NCBI GenBank assembly: GCA_051294375.1
Contig: CM119265.1
Location: 22,650,591 to 22,714,590, forward strand
DNA from: Paraspadella gotoi
Lineage: Eukaryota > Animalia > Chaetognatha
DNA length: 64,000 nt
Direction: 5' to 3'
Part shown: piece after piece, positions 58,801 to 64,000 of the stretch
Layout: each line of letters opens with the position of its first letter
Numbering within the stretch: the stretch's first letter is position 1
The notes under the pieces: model-generated
What the model was told of the DNA's origin: nothing
Databases searched by the model: none
The model's input: the letters and a program-made list of their open reading frames with translations, nothing else
Made by a program: the position numbers and the translations under genes

Positions 58801-61800
58801 CGAGTTGACGGCGGATTTCCGTCGTCTCAATGTCCTCCTTATGCGCATCGATAAATCCACTTCCGCTCGACAGGAATCTTCATCATTTATGTCGTTGGAC
58901 TATCCTCGCCAAGAGGCCCACAAGGTGGCGACATTGACATTGGCCGAGGCGCGATTCCGCGCCTCTCACGGCACTGAATCCATAATCGTCGAGGGTTCTC
59001 TGGGCGGACTCAACGTTTGCGACCTGACGCCCGCCTGCGGACGCTACTTTAAAGTCTTTCATGTGGGGCTCGATGCCGCCAGAGGCTCCCCGAGGGCACA
59101 GGAGGGACAAGCTCGTCGGAAGCGGTCGACTTCGTCACCGGATTCGGAAGATCAAAACGATCAGGCCTTTCATTTCTTGCTCTCCTACAGCAAACTCCCC
59201 TCGGAGTTGCCCGCCGTCGCGCAGCCGGACGAGAGTGTGGAGATTCGAGTCGACGTCGCCTCAGTTTGCTACACTCACTCCCCCCGCTTTTTGAAGGAAC
59301 TTAACGAAACGGCCAAAGATTTTCAAAACTATATTCAAAAATTTAAAGATTCTCTCCGGAGTGCCGGCGCCCGAGTCGCTCGAGACATTGTGTCGAGGAA
59401 AATTGACTTGCTGGGAAAGTCATTTGTCGGCGATCCTATTGGCCTGTGGACTCCTTCAAAGTTGCTGCGTGGAACCAGCGTGGGAGACAGTTCGTTGCTC
59501 GATGCCAGCTTGTTTCACGTCCCTCGAAACGCCGGGGATGAGGGTCCCGGGAATGAAATGGATGAAGTGACTGGAAGCGAAGAAAAGTCTTTAAGATTTA
59601 ATATCGATGCGGTTCTCCAAACGCCGGTCATCGTCATCCCTCGAACGCCTAAGTCGCCGGAAGTTCTCATGGCGCATTTGGGACGAATCAACTTGAAAAA
59701 CTCTTCCGAGGCGAAGACCGAACGTCAGAATTCATGTGAACAAAAACAACTCTTCGATGGTCGCGCGGCGCCGAATGATTCTTCGTTTTCGGCCTCTAAC
59801 TCTGCCGTCGACCGAGTGCATATCGCTGTCAACGATATGAACCTCGCCGCGGTCAACATTGACGAACTTCTTAAGAGCGACGTCGACGATGAATTCGGAG
59901 GAGACTACATCGTCGCCGCCATCCTTAACACAAACATAGGATTCGCCCAGAAGTGCCTTGGAAAGCCTATCCTCCACGATACCGGTTTTGTCCTCGACGT
60001 CAACAAGTTGTCGAACGGCAATGAAGATTTTAACGAGACGGGATCTTCGGAAATACCAGGTTCTAGCGGCGCCTCCGAGTATCACGTGGTCGGCGAGATT
60101 CTCGGCCCTCTCAAGATCGTCCTTTCTAAAGAGATTTACGAGCAAATTCTCCAAACTGTTGATCACTTGACCTACGACGATTACGACGAGCGTCTGGCCG
60201 CTCTGCGTGGGAAAGTCGACGGGACTTCCGTTGCGGAAGGCGTTCCCCGCGACGACATCTCTTCAGCCTACGATCTTTCTCTGGCTCACGCCAGCAACGA
60301 CGTCGTCAAAGTAGCTTTCAAGATGCCCGTCTTTCAAGTGGAAATAAAAGGAAATTTTGGCGCCGACGGGGAGATGAGCCTGGTCGAGTTTAACTTCGAA
60401 GAGTTCAGCGTCGTCGCGGAGAAGACGGAAAAATACTTGACGGCCTTCGAGGTCGAGTTGCGGCGGTTGCACGCGGAGGATCTCACACAGGAAAAGTTTT
60501 CGCCCAGTCGTTTCTTTCTCCGTTCATTAGAAGGAGGAGGAAGCGCAGGCGGCGTGGATAAGTTTCGCCATCGCGGTGGAAACAAAAGAGATTCTCGTCG
60601 ACGGTCGACAGAACCGCAGTGGATTCAAACTTCATCGAAGTCCATCGGCGGTGACGTAGATAGCGTTGCCTACCTGTCGACATCGTGTCCCAACGCTTCG
60701 CTTCAAATCCAGCATCGATCCGTCTCGTCCTCTCTTCCCGACAAGCTCGAGTCGCTCTCCTCCATGCGGGCGTCCATGAACCGCGTTGGCCGGCGACAAA
60801 TGCACTTTTCCGATCGGCGAAGCCTTAAGGGGGGCGTGGTGGTCAAAGGTGCCGCCTCGTCGATTGGCCCGAACATGATGGAACCACAGACGCCTCCGCC
60901 GTCTCCGACGGTCTTGACAGCGTCGAAGAGGGCGTCTGTAGAAAAGATTAAGGTAAAGATTGGGAATTTTCTATTTTAAGTTTTTTTGTCTTGGGGTCAA
61001 AACAAACTACAAAAAATTAGTTTTGATGCAATTAATAACAATAACCAAATGTACGTACATAGAAAAGAATGAACAGTTCAGAAAAGGAATTCGGTCAAAT
61101 ATTGATTAGCAAATCATGATATTAGAGATCAAATTTGGTTTTAACTTATATAAAATTATATTTACAGAGAGATTCGTCGCCGGTAAATCTCGCTCACATC
61201 AAAGTGCGCCTAGTAGATAAAAAGCACGCCGAAGTGTCATCGGAGCGATTCCACAGTATGCACCGCGACATCGATGCCCACTTCAACGCTGTCGAAGCCA
61301 ACATCAACCTCCAGACTCTGGTCGTTCTTCTGGATTTCTTTGGGCTGGGCGCTACCGTTCTCGATCAGGACGAGTTGGATCGCGCCAAGAGCGATGTCGA
61401 TGACGTCACCAATTCGTCCAGCGACTGGAAACAACAAGACTTTACTAACACGGCGTTTCGACTGGAGGTCAAATCCCTTTCGCTGTTGATGTGCAAACCA
61501 GAGTACAAAATCGCCGCCGCTCGCGTTTTTGAGTTGACGGTGCGAGCTGAGAACAAATGGGGAGACACTCGCGTTGACGGGAATCTCGGATCTTTCTCCA
61601 TTACAGACCTCACTCCGCACGGAAGTCGTCTTTACCCGCAGAGGTTCTCTACGATGGGACAGCAAGCCTTGGAATTTTATTTCTACAAATATGGACAACC
61701 GGATCCCGAGCACGTCCTGCGTCCTATCGACATGTCCTTAAAACTGCGCATGTCCCAAGTCCGTTACGTATTCACCCATCGCTTCACCATGGAAGTGGTG

Positions 61801-64000
61801 ACCTTTTTACAGCACTTTAACCAACTTCAAGTAGTGCTGGGGCGCATTCGCGCTTACGACGAGGGTCGCCGCCTGACTTCCGTGGGACAATGTGGAGCGA
61901 GGATCGACCTCGACATCGAAGCCGTGTCCCCTCTTCTTTTAGTCCCTCACGCAGCATCGTCTAAGGACATTTTAGTCGCTTATTTGGGCAACCTGACTTG
62001 GCGGAATCAGATTCTCTCCTCGGGAACTCCGGGAACGATCGCTTACCGACGCTCATCCACCGACATTCAATCCGAAGATCGATCGCGAGAAAGCCAGCCA
62101 TCGCCCCGGCCGCCGGAGACCGATGCCAAAGCTGGAATGCTGTCTTCCATGTCTTCTGTTTCGGAAACGTCGAGTCTCTCTTCGGTGGCGCCGGATTTGC
62201 CGTCCTTGTCGAATCCACTAAAGCTCTATCAAGAGGCGAGCCCTATGACCAGTAGCATCTACGGGAGCCTCGATCACGATCACCGGGAGGACCTGCTGCA
62301 AAAGGGCGCCCTGGGTGCGGAACAAAACTTCGGATTAAAGCCTCAAGCCTTAACGACTTCCGCGAGTCATTATTCGGTAGAACAATTCGAGATGGTCGCC
62401 AGCGGCGCCGACACCGGATTAGGATCTTTGGGTGGAACTTCTACTCAACCCACGTCGCCCGTCGGTGACGAATCCTTGTTCCGACCGATCAAGGAAGATT
62501 CCATCGATTTACCTTCGCCGAGTTTATCTCGCGCGACGACAATCGATTCCATCTCCGACACTTTCTCCCTTCTGGATGAAGTCGAGTTTCCGCCCCCTTC
62601 AACCATGCCTCCTTGTCCCAGCGGACTGTACGGTTCCCTTCTCACGCAATCCTTTGGCCCACAGGGTCGAACCAATACGGTTTCTTCGGCTTTTGGGACT
62701 TTAATAGGAAAAGGTGCCTTTGGCTTAGGGGCCAGCCCGATGGCGCACGAAGTTCCAAACTCTGGTACTCAACCAAAGTGTCCCGAAAGTGTATCTCTAG
62801 CCTCTCACGGTAGCCGCCGATCATCCAGCGAAGCCAGACAATGTTTGTTGGAAGTAAATCACCTTGCGCTTTCAGAGATGGATCTTTTCAGCGGAGTTTG
62901 GGTTCTCGTCGATGAAGCCGAGGACGAAGAATTGGACGATATTCCCGACGAGCTCTGTTTTGCCCGAGGATCTGGCAAAGGGATCGATTTTGTCATCCGA
63001 AAAGACTATGGCAAGTTTTTAAAGGATCAATGCCAACTGACTCTCCGCGTGGAACGAAATCTCGAAGGCGCTATTTCCCACTCGGTTCCTGATTTCAACG
63101 TCGCCGGCGAATTGTCTTCTGTTCACTGCTCCTTAGACGTGGCGCAATATCAGCTTATCCGCGGCATCCTCGATCACAATCTAGGCGAGCAGTTCACGCC
63201 TCTCGCCGTCCCCGCCGACTGTCGCTTGCACGATCCGGTCGCGGTCCTCGGTCCCGGTTCATCCGTCTACAAATCCATTTCGATCGCGATCGATTTGACC
63301 AACGTCGACATCGAATTGTTGATTTGTCACGAGACTGAAGACGACCCTCAACCTATTTCATTGGCTCTCATGCATTTGGTTCGATCGCGACTATCGTATG
63401 AATCTTATTCGGATTCTTCGAAGGATGTCGATCTCGTCTCACAGCAGATCCAGATGTTCGACACCCGGTACCGGGACGAAGCGGTCAACAACCGACCCAA
63501 CGTTTTCACTTCCGTTTTACGTCCGAGAGAGGGAACCAAAGCGAATAACGGCCAAGGCTCGGAAGGTACATTGCAAATGGAAATTCATTACCGATCAACC
63601 AAAGACGTTTCTCGATTCACGATATTGTTAAACAACATGAGGCTGATGGGAATATTTGATTGGCTCTTCGCCGTTTACGATTTCATCTTGACGAAATCCG
63701 AGAATCCATTTTATGACACCGATGGACAAATGAAAGTCGAGAAGCCAGCTCCCGCGCCTTCGAAACTTCCTCAAGGTGTGGTCTCGAAGACGACGCTGGA
63801 TTCTTCCAAATCTAAATCTCTTCCCCAAACCGAAACACCTTTTGAACTAAAATTAAACATCACAGAAACTGACTTCGTTGTGCTGGAAAGGCAAGATAAA
63901 CACGACACTTACGCCGTGATCCTGAAAACGACGGCGGTTCTTAATCATCGCCCTCATCACACTGAACGTCCTCTGTCGTGCAGCTTGCAAAGCATCGAGG
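52858..64000 (+). CDS. VPS13D: Bridge-like lipid transfer protein VPS13D, 5' part; continues beyond the window
   Basis: Chorein N-terminus MFEGFVAWVLNTYIGAYVDDLN, ELHNLPLKKDALR, RRWWRFAI, WDVHLDISAP, MQTFGRDYELLVASH, NTLDIIANQET, NLQTLVVLLDFF. The final long exon is open to the window end. Confidence 0.93.
57221..57450. repeat. Interspersed AT-rich MITE-like repeat, copy 2
   Basis: Homologous to 22275-22504. Lies in a VPS13D intron. Confidence 0.85.

Overview
Eukaryotic (animal) genomic DNA with compact, intron-rich genes: GC- and CpG-rich exons and AT-rich introns mostly about 50-90 nt long. Twelve consecutive conserved housekeeping genes lie on the + strand: JIP3/SPAG9, MTHFD2, NAA35, EXT1, SYAP1, NAXD, a 4CL/luciferase-like acyl-CoA ligase, GPD1, GGCX, METTL16, EDC4 and VPS13D (runs off the end). 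Stop-to-start gaps are 143-1087 bp, and most start codons have a splice-acceptor-like AG just upstream, which suggests operon-like transcription with SL trans-splicing. Two antisense genes are nested in introns: a divergent ARL13-like GTPase in GPD1, and a grindelwald/TACI-type TNF-receptor-like protein in GGCX. Introns also hold two related minimal hammerhead ribozymes (Penelope-type remnants), several Helentron/DINE-1-like elements (one nested in another, one carrying a tRNA-like sequence) and MITEs. Splicing looks atypical: several GC donors, one possible GG donor, purine-rich acceptors and candidate microexons. Gene names come from recognised protein motifs, not from database searches, and exon joins were assembled by hand.
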